Positions 10,295-19,485 of a stretch of DNA of 64,000 nucleotides are shown here, one piece after another. Within the stretch, counting starts at the first letter, position 1; each line of letters opens with the position of its first letter. Location of the stretch: positions 122,894-186,893 of the forward strand of contig CAXXTH010000003.1 of NCBI GenBank assembly GCA_963668025.2. The letters run 5' to 3'. Origin of the DNA: Candidatus Hydrogenedentota bacterium. Lineage in GTDB: Bacteria > Hydrogenedentota > Hydrogenedentia > Hydrogenedentales > SLHB01. The position numbers were made by a program, and so were the translations under genes. The notes beneath the pieces are model-generated. The model was not told where the DNA came from and did no database searches. It saw only the letters and a list, made by a program, of their open reading frames with translations.

Positions 10295-11212
10295 ATGAGC
10301 GGTCATCATCATCACGGAGAAGAAAACCATCCGCCCTTGGATCATACGCGAGCTTTTGTTGTTGGAATCGTGCTCAACGTGCTCGTGGTGCTGGTTCAAG
10401 TAGTGATGGGAGTATATGCCGGTTCGCTGGCCCTCATGGCGGATGCGGGCCATAACCTGTCCGATGTGCTGGGATTGATGCTGGCATGGGGGGGGGTGCT
10501 GCTCGCACGCCGCCAGCCGACCCCACGGCACACCTATGGGCTGCGTCGTTCCACTATTCTTGCCGCACTGGCGAACTCCATCCTTATCCTGCTGGCTGTG
10601 GGCGCTATCGCCTGGGAGGCTATCCGCCGTTTTAATCATCCTGAACCCGTGGAGGGTGGGATTGTCATGGCGGTCGCGGGATTCGGAATCGCCATTAATG
10701 CGTTGACGGCATGGCTATTCATGTCGGGCCGGAAAAAGGACATCAACCTGGAAGGCGCTTTTCTGCACATGGCGGGGGATGCCGCCATATCGCTAGGCGT
10801 AGTGATTGGCGGGGCGCTGATGATCTGGACCGGCTATGCGTGGATCGATCCCGTATTGAGCTTGGCAATAGCTTTCTTGATCGCATGGAGCACCTGGAGC
10901 CTCCTCAAAAAGAGCTTGAATCTGGCCATGGATGCCGTGCCTGCCCATATCAATCCCCATGAGGTCAGAGCCTATTTGGATCAATTGCCGGGCGTGATGG
11001 AAGTGCATGATCTCCATATCTGGCCGATGAGCACCACCGAGGCGGCGCTCACAGCCCATTTGGTCATGCCGGAAGGTTTGCCGAATGATGCATTCTGGCA
11101 TCACGCCAATCATGGCTTAGCCGAACGGTTTGATATACGCCATTCGACCATCCAGGTGGAGCGAGGCGATAGCGAACACCCGTGCCATCTGGCGCCAGAC
11201 ACGCACGTCTGA
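10295..11212 (+). CDS. czcD: Cation diffusion facilitator (CzcD/ZitB-like Zn/Co/Cd exporter)
   Basis: His-rich N-terminus, SLALMADAGHNLSD, GAFLHMAGD, VHDLHIW, HSTIQVE. Confidence 0.9.
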   Translation: MSGHHHHGEENHPPLDHTRAFVVGIVLNVLVVLVQVVMGVYAGSLALMADAGHNLSDVLGLMLAWGGVLLARRQPTPRHTYGLRRSTILAALANSILILLAVGAIAWEAIRRFNHPEPVEGGIVMAVAGFGIAINALTAWLFMSGRKKDINLEGAFLHMAGDAAISLGVVIGGALMIWTGYAWIDPVLSLAIAFLIAWSTWSLLKKSLNLAMDAVPAHINPHEVRAYLDQLPGVMEVHDLHIWPMSTTEAALTAHLVMPEGLPNDAFWHHANHGLAERFDIRHSTIQVERGDSEHPCHLAPDTHV

Positions 11213-11260
11213 ATAATGCCCATTGGATTCACCGCTTTTTCAGCAGCAGGAGCGTGCAGT

Positions 11261-12340
11261 ATGTACGACACAATGGCCGTCCATGTGATGAGCGGAACAG
11301 GCAATTCGCTTCGCGCCGCCCGCCAAATGGCTGCACTCGCGCAAGATCGCGGCTTAAAAACGTCGGTTTCCCTTGTGGAGCGGGGCGTTCGGCTGGATGC
11401 TCCGCCTTGTGCAAATAAGACGCTTGTAGGCTTCTGTTTCCCCGCCCATGGCTTTACCGCGCCATGGCTGATGATCCGTTTCGCTGCGTTGTCGCCCTGG
11501 GGTGGCGGCGTTCACGCCTTTGTGTTGGTGACGAGGGGAGGGACGAAGTTTGGCCCCTTGTTTTTCCCCGGAATGGAAGGCACGGCGGCTTATCTCATCG
11601 CCCTGTTGCTCGTATTGCGGGGGTGCCGCGTGCGGGGCGTCCTTGGGCTTGATATGCCTTCCAATTGGACCTCCCTGCATTCCGGCTTTCGAGAAGAGAA
11701 CGCCCGCGCCATCATGGAGCACTCAGCGCCACGGCTGGCGCATTTCACGGAGCGCCTTCTTGATGGGAAAAAAGCTTTCGGCGGATTCATTTGCCTGCTC
11801 CTTGGGCTTCTTCTATTGCCCCTTTCCGTTGCCTATTTGCTGTTTGGCCGTTTTTTTCTCGCCAAATTGTTTTTCGCCAATACGGAATGCAACGGCTGCG
11901 GCCAGTGCATGCGCAATTGTCCGGCGCAGGCGATTCGGATGAGAGGGAGGCCTTCACGGCCTTATTGGACGGTGGCGTGCGAAAGCTGCATGCGTTGCAT
12001 GGCCTATTGCCCGCGTCAAGCCATTGAAGCCGGCCATTCCTGGGGATTATTGCTATGGCTGGCCGTATCGCTGCCCATGGCCCATTGGATTCAGCCCGCG
12101 CTACTTGCCGCGTGGCCATGGCTCGGGCGGCTAGAACCGGCGGTGGGCCATTGGCTGCTCCTCCTCCTCACGTATCCGGCGTATCTTTTCCTCTTGTGCG
12201 CGGCGTATGTGTTGTTTTGGGCAGTTATCCGGATGCCATGGCTCAACATGGCCTTCAGCTATACTACGCTTACTCATCTATACCGCCGCTATCACGAACC
12301 CGGCACCCCCATTGATGCCTTGCACAAGCTCGATAAATAA
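11261..12340 (+). CDS. EFR1-family flavodoxin-fold / 4Fe-4S ferredoxin protein with C-terminal TM segments
   Basis: SGTGNS flavodoxin-like motif, FPAHG, MPSNW, two CxxCxxCxxxCP clusters; AGGAG RBS before 11261. Confidence 0.8.
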   Translation: MYDTMAVHVMSGTGNSLRAARQMAALAQDRGLKTSVSLVERGVRLDAPPCANKTLVGFCFPAHGFTAPWLMIRFAALSPWGGGVHAFVLVTRGGTKFGPLFFPGMEGTAAYLIALLLVLRGCRVRGVLGLDMPSNWTSLHSGFREENARAIMEHSAPRLAHFTERLLDGKKAFGGFICLLLGLLLLPLSVAYLLFGRFFLAKLFFANTECNGCGQCMRNCPAQAIRMRGRPSRPYWTVACESCMRCMAYCPRQAIEAGHSWGLLLWLAVSLPMAHWIQPALLAAWPWLGRLEPAVGHWLLLLLTYPAYLFLLCAAYVLFWAVIRMPWLNMAFSYTTLTHLYRRYHEPGTPIDALHKLDK

Positions 12341-12416
12341 ATGCACACGGGCTTCCCAGGCATGCTCATACCCCCATTTCGTTTCTCGCGCTTTCGCCTT
12401 CGTGCTTTCGCCTTCG

Positions 12417-12445
12417 TTGACATTGGGGGGTGGGCTCAGTATGAT
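12417..12445 (+). promoter_or_regulatory. Sigma70-type promoter upstream of purC-purF
   Basis: TTGACA (12417-22), 17-nt spacer, TATGAT (12440-45). Confidence 0.7.
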
Positions 12446-12673
12446 CTAGCCGCTGGGGCGTTCAGGAGCATAAAGGCGGAGTCCGGCTGCATCTTGGACC
12501 TCGGAAGGTGCGATTCAAGGGCGCGCTGTTCTTTGTGCGCCATGTTCTTTTACCCATGGTTTCCAGCAAGCTAGTGCTTTTTCGTGGTGAATCTCGCCAT
12601 GGGTGATGAATTCAGGAAACCCGAAACGCGGATGGTTCAGCCTTGTGCTGGCAATAGGGAGGATTGTGTTGAC

Positions 12674-13567
12674 ATGACCCAGGAAGCCCTAATCGAGACC
12701 CATCTACCCGGGCGCACGCCTGTGGCCCGAGGCAAAGTGCGTGACATTTATGATCTGGGCGATCACCTGATCATCGTCGCCACGGATCGTATTTCAGCAT
12801 TCGATTGGATCAATCCCGTGGGGATTCCGGATAAGGGAAAAATCCTGACGGCCGTCTCTCTGTTCTGGTTCGAACAAATGGCGGATATCGTGCCCAATCA
12901 TCTTGAATCCGCCGATATTCGGGATTTCCCCGAAGACTTTCAATACCATGCCAGCCAATTTGAAGGCCGCTCGATGCTGGTGCGTAAATGTGAGATGTTC
13001 CCCGTGGAATTCGTGATTCGGGGTTATTTGGCGGGCAGCGGCTGGAAAGAATATAAAACCCAAGGCACAGTTTGCGGGCACACTTTACCTACGGGGCTCG
13101 TGGAATCCAGCCGGCTAGATCAGCCAATCTTCACCCCCGCCACAAAGTCCACCGATGGCCATGATCTCAACATCAGCCCGGCTGAAGCCGCCCAGATTAT
13201 CGGCGAGAAATGCTGTAACGCGGCGGCGGAAGCCGCTTTGCGCGTCTATGAACACGCGCGCGGAATTGCGGAGCAGAAGGGCATTATTCTGTGTGATACG
13301 AAGTTTGAATTTGGCATGCGGGATGGCGAACTGGTTCTTGCGGATGAGATCCTCACACCAGATTCCTCCCGTTTCTGGCCTGCGGATCAATATGCCCCCG
13401 GCCATTCCCAGCCAAGTTATGACAAGCAATTCGTCCGGGATTGGCTTGAATCCACCGGATGGGACAAAAATTCGCCGCCTCCGCCCCTGCCCGCGGAAGT
13501 AGTCGAGAAGACGCGCGATAAATACTTGGAAGCGTATAGAAAACTCACGGGAAAGACGGATCTCTAA
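12674..13567 (+). CDS. purC: SAICAR synthetase
   Basis: RGKVRDIY, TDRISAFD, GYLAGSGWKEY, FTPATK, DTKFEFG, DEILTPDSSRFW, DKQFVRDWL; GGAGG RBS before 12674. Confidence 0.96.
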   Translation: MTQEALIETHLPGRTPVARGKVRDIYDLGDHLIIVATDRISAFDWINPVGIPDKGKILTAVSLFWFEQMADIVPNHLESADIRDFPEDFQYHASQFEGRSMLVRKCEMFPVEFVIRGYLAGSGWKEYKTQGTVCGHTLPTGLVESSRLDQPIFTPATKSTDGHDLNISPAEAAQIIGEKCCNAAAEAALRVYEHARGIAEQKGIILCDTKFEFGMRDGELVLADEILTPDSSRFWPADQYAPGHSQPSYDKQFVRDWLESTGWDKNSPPPPLPAEVVEKTRDKYLEAYRKLTGKTDL

Positions 13568-13571
13568 CCTC

Positions 13572-15017
13572 ATGTTTAGCGAATTGGACGAATTAGACAG
13601 CGAATTGAATGAGGAATGTGGCGTATTTGGCGTATTCGGTGATCCGGAGGCCGCTACGCTCACGTATTTGGGGCTTTACGCCCTGCAACACCGAGGCCAG
13701 GAAGGTGCGGGAATTGTCAGCGCGGACGCGGGAGATCTCCGCCGTTTTGTGGGCATGGGCTTGGTTTCGGAAGTATTCGCCACCAACAAGCGCCATCGGC
13801 TGGCCAGCCTTAAAGGGGATATCGCGATCGGCCATGTGCGCTATTCCACCTTCGGAGGGAATGCGCTATGCAATGTGCAGCCTCTTGTTCGTGACTATGC
13901 GAAAGGCTCCATGGCGCTGGCGCATAATGGAAATCTGGTGAATGCCGGGCGGTTGCGTGAACATCTCGAAGCCCAAGGCGCTATTTTTCATGCCACATCC
14001 GACAGTGAAGTGCCCATCCATCTTATCGCACGTTCCCGCAAAGAACGGTTTGTCGATTGTGTCGCGGATGCATTGAGCCAAGTGGTGGGGGCATATTCGC
14101 TGCTGGCTACAAATGGCGAGGAACTGGTGGCCGCGCGCGATCCGCTTGGATTCCGCCCCCTATGGATCGGCAAGCGGGGAAATGCGCATATTTTCACCAG
14201 CGAAAGCTGTGCTTTAGATATTATTGATGCCGACTGGGTTCGCGAGGTGGAGCCTGGTGAGGTTGTAGTGGCGACGCGTAAAGGGCTCGAATATTTTAAG
14301 CCGTTTCCGCCCGTGCATCCGCGTCCTTGCATCTTCGAATTCGTTTATGTGGCGCGGCCCGATAGCGAAATTTTCGGACGCAGTGTGGATGAAGTGCGCA
14401 AACAGCTTGGCCGCAACCTCGCCAAAGTGGCCCCTGTCGAGGCCGACCTGGTCATGGCGGTGCCGGATTCATCCAACCAGGTGGCTCTCGGCTATGCCCA
14501 TGAATCGGGCATCCCTTTCGATATGGGCTTTATCCGCAACCATTATGTGGGGCGCACGTTCATCGAGCCCGACCAGAGCATCCGCGACTTCGGCGTCAAA
14601 ATCAAGCTCAACCCGGCGCGCAGCGCCATTCGGGGCAAGCGGGTGGTTTTAGTGGACGACAGCATCGTCCGGGGCACCACGTCCAAAAAGATCATCAAGA
14701 TGCTGCGCAAAGCGGGTGTGGCGGAGATCCATTTCCGTATCAGTTGCCCGCCCATTATCAATTCCTGTTATTATGGCATTGACACGCCACGCCAGGAACG
14801 GCTTATTGCGTCACAGATGTCCGTTGACGAGATTCGCGAATATGTGGGTGTAGACTCGTTGGTTTTCCAGCCCCTTGAAGGTTTAGTGGATGCCACGGGG
14901 TATAAGAAAGAGGACTTCTGTCTCGCCTGTTTTAACAACGATTATCCCACGCTAACGCCCAAAGATTATGGTTCCAATGGCCCCACCCGCCACCATGTGG
15001 ACATTAGCAACGAATAG
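13572..15017 (+). CDS. purF: Amidophosphoribosyltransferase
   Basis: Propeptide then EECGVFG, LQHRGQE, GHVRYST, AHNGNL, VDDSIVRGTT PRPP loop, CYYGID, FCLACF. Confidence 0.97.
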   Translation: MFSELDELDSELNEECGVFGVFGDPEAATLTYLGLYALQHRGQEGAGIVSADAGDLRRFVGMGLVSEVFATNKRHRLASLKGDIAIGHVRYSTFGGNALCNVQPLVRDYAKGSMALAHNGNLVNAGRLREHLEAQGAIFHATSDSEVPIHLIARSRKERFVDCVADALSQVVGAYSLLATNGEELVAARDPLGFRPLWIGKRGNAHIFTSESCALDIIDADWVREVEPGEVVVATRKGLEYFKPFPPVHPRPCIFEFVYVARPDSEIFGRSVDEVRKQLGRNLAKVAPVEADLVMAVPDSSNQVALGYAHESGIPFDMGFIRNHYVGRTFIEPDQSIRDFGVKIKLNPARSAIRGKRVVLVDDSIVRGTTSKKIIKMLRKAGVAEIHFRISCPPIINSCYYGIDTPRQERLIASQMSVDEIREYVGVDSLVFQPLEGLVDATGYKKEDFCLACFNNDYPTLTPKDYGSNGPTRHHVDISNE

Positions 15018-15078
15018 AAATCGCGATACCGCCCTTTTGTCTAGTGTGCCGCGTTATACGGAATGAGAGGCGGCGTCA

Positions 15079-16179
15079 TCACTGCGCCAGGTGCAGCACT
15101 TTAGCCACATAAGGGGATAAGCCGTTCGCCATCCAGTAAAAACCCAACGTGTTCGGATGCACCCCATCCGTCAATCCATCGCCTTGTTTAGGCCCCAAGA
15201 CCTCGAAACCTTCCACCAGAAACACGCCTTTGTCTCCCGCCTCCACACACTGCTGGACCGCTTTCCGAATCACATTCCGCAGCGCTTCATGGCCGCTGGG
15301 CCGTTCCGCACCCGGAAGCTCCGTAGCCCAATAGATAGGGGTGACGCAAAGGATGGGCGTGTCTGCATGCTGTGACCGCAGCTTTTCAATGAAAGGTCGA
15401 TAGTTTTTTTCGAGATCTTCCGGGCTCGCATTATTCTGGGAAAAATCAAGCACATAACAAGAAGCATCCACTTCCGCAAGCAACGCCGCCACTTCTTTTT
15501 CACCACGCCCGCATCCATTGAATCCAAAATTTACAAAATCGAGATTAAGTTGCCGGCACAAAATGGCTTCATAGCTGAGCCCCGCCCGGCTCGCACATCC
15601 CCCATGGGTGATCGAGGTGCCATAGAACACGACCGGCTTCGCTACCGCAAAAGCTTCCGCAGGTGCAATACTCGCGTTTGAATCCAGGCCGATGGCATTT
15701 ACCGTAGTCTCGGTGAAAAGAGGCAGATACAAGCAAAAAGAACGCTCTTGCTTGGAAAGGCCCGTGCAAAATACATGCTCAATCTCTCCGGTAGCGTTCG
15801 GCGTCGCGGTGCCCAGATATTGGCCATCCACATACAGATCAAGTCCCGCTTCCCCAAAAAGACTCATATTCGGATTTTGCGCTTGGGTTCGGTCGGAGGT
15901 GAAGCGAATGGCCAGGGATGTCGTGTCGCTGCGAAAACGAATGCGTGCTCCAGAGGAGGCTTTGCTCGTCTCCCAAACATAATCGGGGATGTTTTCTTTC
16001 GCACGCTGGGGAAGCCGCCACCAATGCCCCTCGTTTTCTTGGAGAAACGGAAGTCCGCGAATCTCGAATCGTGGGTCGGAGGCGGGTATCCAATTGGTGT
16101 CTTCGGCGCATACAGAGGCTGCATAACCCATGCTCATTACTCCTAATAAAACGGAAATAGTCAGATGTACACGCATCAT
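15079..16179 (-). CDS. Secreted SGNH/GDSL hydrolase with GxDLY N-terminal domain
   Basis: Signal peptide; GLDLY; FYGTSITHG (block I), NFGFNG, DGVHPN (block V). Confidence 0.85.
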   Translation of the reverse strand: MMRVHLTISVLLGVMSMGYAASVCAEDTNWIPASDPRFEIRGLPFLQENEGHWWRLPQRAKENIPDYVWETSKASSGARIRFRSDTTSLAIRFTSDRTQAQNPNMSLFGEAGLDLYVDGQYLGTATPNATGEIEHVFCTGLSKQERSFCLYLPLFTETTVNAIGLDSNASIAPAEAFAVAKPVVFYGTSITHGGCASRAGLSYEAILCRQLNLDFVNFGFNGCGRGEKEVAALLAEVDASCYVLDFSQNNASPEDLEKNYRPFIEKLRSQHADTPILCVTPIYWATELPGAERPSGHEALRNVIRKAVQQCVEAGDKGVFLVEGFEVLGPKQGDGLTDGVHPNTLGFYWMANGLSPYVAKVLHLAQ

Positions 16180-16259
16180 CGCTTCTCCTTTTAGCATGAG
16201 AATATATCAAGACAGGCCAAACAGGCCAAACCTATAGCTTATGTGCAAATACCTTTTAT

Positions 16260-18173
16260 TTATGCGATACGCTCAATAGGCGCTCGATGAAGCATTGTAC
16301 GCAATGCGGCTGTAATGCCAACAGCGTCAAGGCCAATTTCAGCCAATTGTTCATCCCGTGTAGCGTGTTCAATGTACGTATCTGGAAATCCCGCGCGTTG
16401 CAGCGTAATCTCATGGAGGCGTCCGCTCTGTTGATAATACTCTAGAACAGCCGAGCCGAATCCGCCCTCGATACTATTTTCCTCCACGGTGAGAATAGGC
16501 CGGTCTGCGATTTGCTCCAGAAGCTGCGTATCTAGCGGTTTGACGAATCGCGCATCCGCCACCGCCACCGATAATCCTTCGGCCTCAAGCTCTTCAGCGG
16601 CTTTCAAACACGTGGCCAGGCACGGGCCAACACCCAAAATCACCACGTCAGAACCTTCCCGGAGCATTTCGCCATGCGTGATGTCGCGTCCGGCGGCCTC
16701 TCCGATGGTGGGCGCTTTGGCTCGGGCATACCGGATGGCCACGGGCATATCTTGTTTTAGCGCCCAGTGGAGCATGGCGCTCATATCCACATCATCACGA
16801 GGAGCGGCGACCGCCACGCCGGGAATCACCCGCAAAAAGGATAAATCATATGCGCCTTGCTGGGTGGGGCTGTCTTCGCCCACGGCCCCAGCGCGGTCGA
16901 TGGCAAATACGACCGGAAGTCCTTGCATGCAGACATCGTGGATGTATTGGTCATACCCGCGCTGCAAGAAAGTCGAGTAGATGGCGCAAACCGGTTTCAG
17001 CCCGCTGATGGCGAGGCCCGCCGCGAACGTTACCGCATGTTGTTCGCAAATCCCTACATCGAACACGCGGTCGGGGAAATGCTTCTCGAACTGGCTCAAA
17101 CCCGTGCCCGTGGGCATGGCGGCCGTGATGCCTACGATGCGTTCATCTTCATGGGCGGCCTCGATCAGCGCCTCCGCGAACGCATCCGTGAAAGATTTCG
17201 CCCCTGCCCCTGCACTGTGGAACTTGCCTGTTTTGATGTCAAAAGCCCTTACGCCATGATACGTTAAGGGGTCTTCCTCCGCGAATTCATACCCCTTGCC
17301 TTTTTTCGTTACGCAATGGAAAAAAACAGGCCCCTTGATGGTCTTGATGTTGTTCAGGCAATCGAGCAAGGTGCCCAAATCATGGCCGTCCACGGGCCCC
17401 ACGTATTTGAAGCCAAATGCTTCAAAGAGGGTGCCGGGAGTGATGAGGCTTTTCACCGATTGCTCGACGCGCTGGGCGGCTTTCCTAAGCTGCGGGCCTA
17501 ATACCTGGCGCACCAGGCCGGAAATGTCTTCGCGGGCGCGCGTGTATAGCCCGCCTGTGATCAGGCGGCTGAAATACGCCGACAATACGCCTACATTAGG
17601 CGAAATGGCCATTTTATTGTCGTTGAGCACCACCAGCATGTCCGTGCCGATCTGCCCCGCATGGGCAAGGGCCTCGAAGGCCATGCCGCCCGTCATGGCC
17701 CCATCGCCGATGACCGCAATCACGCGCTGGTTGCCGCCTTGCCGGTCGCGCGCCACGGCCATCCCGAGTGCAGCCGAGATGGAAGTCGAACTATGGCCCA
17801 CGCCGAAGGCGTCGTAAGGGCTTTCGCATGGCTTCGGATAGCCGCTCAAGCCGCCTTTTTTGCGTATCGTATGAAATTGGCTTGCCCGGCCCGTCAACAG
17901 CTTATGGGGATAACACTGATGGCCCACGTCCCAGATGACTTTATCCTGTTCCGTATCAAAGGCGTGATGGATGGCGATGGCCAGTTCGACGACGCCCAAA
18001 TGAGGCGCTAAATGGCCCTCATTCACCGACGCCGTGGCCACGATGGTCTGGCGCATTTCCTCCGCGAGCCGTTTTAATTCATCTATCGAGAAAGATTTCA
18101 GGTCGCGCGGCCTTTTGATGCGGTCTAGCAAAGGCGTGCAACTGCGCTCATCGTTTGTGGGGATGTCCGTCAT
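16260..18173 (-). CDS. dxs: 1-deoxy-D-xylulose-5-phosphate synthase
   Basis: GHLAPHLGVVEL, WDVGHQCYPHK, GHSSTSISA, GDGAMTGG, GPVDGH, DVGICEQH, DRAGAVGEDSPTQQG. Confidence 0.96.
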   Translation of the reverse strand: MTDIPTNDERSCTPLLDRIKRPRDLKSFSIDELKRLAEEMRQTIVATASVNEGHLAPHLGVVELAIAIHHAFDTEQDKVIWDVGHQCYPHKLLTGRASQFHTIRKKGGLSGYPKPCESPYDAFGVGHSSTSISAALGMAVARDRQGGNQRVIAVIGDGAMTGGMAFEALAHAGQIGTDMLVVLNDNKMAISPNVGVLSAYFSRLITGGLYTRAREDISGLVRQVLGPQLRKAAQRVEQSVKSLITPGTLFEAFGFKYVGPVDGHDLGTLLDCLNNIKTIKGPVFFHCVTKKGKGYEFAEEDPLTYHGVRAFDIKTGKFHSAGAGAKSFTDAFAEALIEAAHEDERIVGITAAMPTGTGLSQFEKHFPDRVFDVGICEQHAVTFAAGLAISGLKPVCAIYSTFLQRGYDQYIHDVCMQGLPVVFAIDRAGAVGEDSPTQQGAYDLSFLRVIPGVAVAAPRDDVDMSAMLHWALKQDMPVAIRYARAKAPTIGEAAGRDITHGEMLREGSDVVILGVGPCLATCLKAAEELEAEGLSVAVADARFVKPLDTQLLEQIADRPILTVEENSIEGGFGSAVLEYYQQSGRLHEITLQRAGFPDTYIEHATRDEQLAEIGLDAVGITAALRTMLHRAPIERIA

Positions 18174-18369
18174 TCGCTCGTGTTTCCCAATTCACCGTTG
18201 CGGAAAAGCTCGCCGAATCCTGGCAAGCCATCTTCGTTATAAAATCCAAATCACACGGAAGAAATAGTATAGCAAGATATAGGCACGATTCTCACATTCT
18301 GTGGAGAACTATTGGGCAATCCTTGATTTGTTGCTTTTTTTGTGTGATAGTTTGTGTGGAGGTGGTGAC

Positions 18370-18576
18370 ATGCCTACGAATCTGGAGCTTGATGATGCGC
18401 TGATCAAAAAGGCGCAGGAATTGGGAAACCATCGTACCAAAAAAGCCGCCGTGACCCAGGCGCTGATGGAATATGTGCAGCATTTGGAGCAACTGAAAAT
18501 CTCTTCGCTTTTTGGCCGCATCGATTATGATTCCACATATGACTATAAAAAGGCGCGCCAGACTTTTCCTCTTTAA
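18370..18576 (+). CDS. Type II TA VapB-family (DUF2191-like) antitoxin with no adjacent toxin
   Basis: MPTNLELDDALI...TKKAAVTQALMEY...LFGRIDYDSTYDYKKAR is a typical RHH VapB pattern; GGAGGTG RBS. Confidence 0.8.
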   Translation: MPTNLELDDALIKKAQELGNHRTKKAAVTQALMEYVQHLEQLKISSLFGRIDYDSTYDYKKARQTFPL

Positions 18577-18591
18577 ACTACAATAAGCAAA

Positions 18592-18696
18592 GCGCGGCGT
18601 AGCCGCAACCAAAAATCCGGATTTTAAACCACTAAATACACCAAATACACTAAAATTCAGATGGGTAGGGTGGGGCTTGCCCCACCGTTCAAGGAT
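18592..18696 (+). repeat. Composite repeat family A (GCCGCAACCAAA hairpin + 9-bp triplet + GTAG-REP)
   Basis: GCGCGGCGTAGCCGCAACCAAA..CCACTAAATACACCAAATACACTAAAA..GTAGGGTGGGGCTTGCCCCACC. Other copies at 19352(-), 22860(+), 53486(+), 59945(partial) and 61265(-). Confidence 0.9.
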
Positions 18697-18939
18697 TCAT
18701 CGATCAAAATACTATGTAAAAATCGTAGGTCCTAACCAGTTAAAATACATTGGTTTACACAGAAAATCCTCGCAAGAAAACAATGTTTTTAAGATAGTAG
18801 CACAGATATGTAAATATATAATTAAATATTCCAAAAAGAGGCCGCCATCAACTTTTCTCATTACTCTTGTTTTTCTATCGCCTTGTCCGGAAGTATCCTA
18901 TAAGCGTACAATGCTTGGCATAGAAAGGAGGGTCACATT

Positions 18940-19014
18940 ATGACCAACCTTTTGGGCAAGCCCGAAACACCCCAATGCGGGGATAACCACGGCTCTCGGG
19001 CGAAACGCGGTTAG
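18940..19014 (+). CDS. Putative 24-aa leader/small peptide MTNLLGKPETPQCGDNHGSRAKRG
   Basis: Strong SD AAAGGAGG (18924-31) 8 nt before ATG; candidate promoter TTGTCC-N18-TACAAT upstream. Confidence 0.4.
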   Translation: MTNLLGKPETPQCGDNHGSRAKRG

Positions 19015-19133
19015 GCGTGTAAAGGAGCAGTCAACTGGGCACTACCAGCGGCGTGGGTTCGCGGCAAGACAAGGCATAGGATGGTTTTCGGGAGCCATCA
19101 GCCGGAGCAATGAAAGCCTAACCGTTTTTGCCC
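18954..19133 (+). ncRNA. Candidate multi-stem structured RNA, class unrecognised
   Basis: Pairings GGGCAA/TTGCCC, GCCCGA/TCGGGC, CCCC/GGGG, CGGTTAGGC/GCCTAACCG (followed by T5), CTGG/CCAG and a GATGGTT-TTCG-capped hairpin. Confidence 0.5.
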
Positions 19134-19351
19134 GGCATATATGCACCATCTTCATTCGGATTTTTACTGGTACGCAGCTTATATTCCCATCTCACTTTAT
19201 CCCATGCCGAAAATCTGTGTCATCTGCGTAATCTGTGGAAAAAAAATGATTACCAGCTTATTGGTACCACTATTTGGAAAAATGTTGTTTTATTACAAGG
19301 ATTTTACCGGGAAACCATTGCATATCAGCGAGTTATATTCTGGTCCATAAA

Positions 19352-19447
19352 GGCGTATCCTTTGAGCGGTGGGGCAAGCCCCACCCTACAGATTTTAGTG
19401 TATTTAGTGGTCTCAAAATCCGAATCTTTGGTTGCGGCCCTACCGCG
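19352..19447 (-). repeat. Composite repeat family A, inverted copy
   Basis: GGTGGGGCAAGCCCCACCCTAC..TTTTAGTGTATTTAGTGGTCTCAAAATCCGAATCTTTGGTTGCGGCCCTACCGCG is the reverse complement of the 18592 and 53486 copies. Confidence 0.9.
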
Positions 19448-19485
19448 TTTGGACATATTGATGTCTATTCGTGGTTAAAAATCCC

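Noticed and set aside
12470-12515. Resemblance to the SRP RNA core (minus strand AGGTCC..GCAGCC), 6S RNA or the PRPP riboswitch (GAGCATAAAGGC)
   Set aside because: The SRP GGAA tetraloop helix is absent, the 6S elements are in the wrong order and spacing, and the 5' half of the ykkC aptamer is missing.
18954-19133. Retron msr-msd or group II intron fragment
   Set aside because: No reverse transcriptase in the window and no domain V or branch-G context that I can identify.
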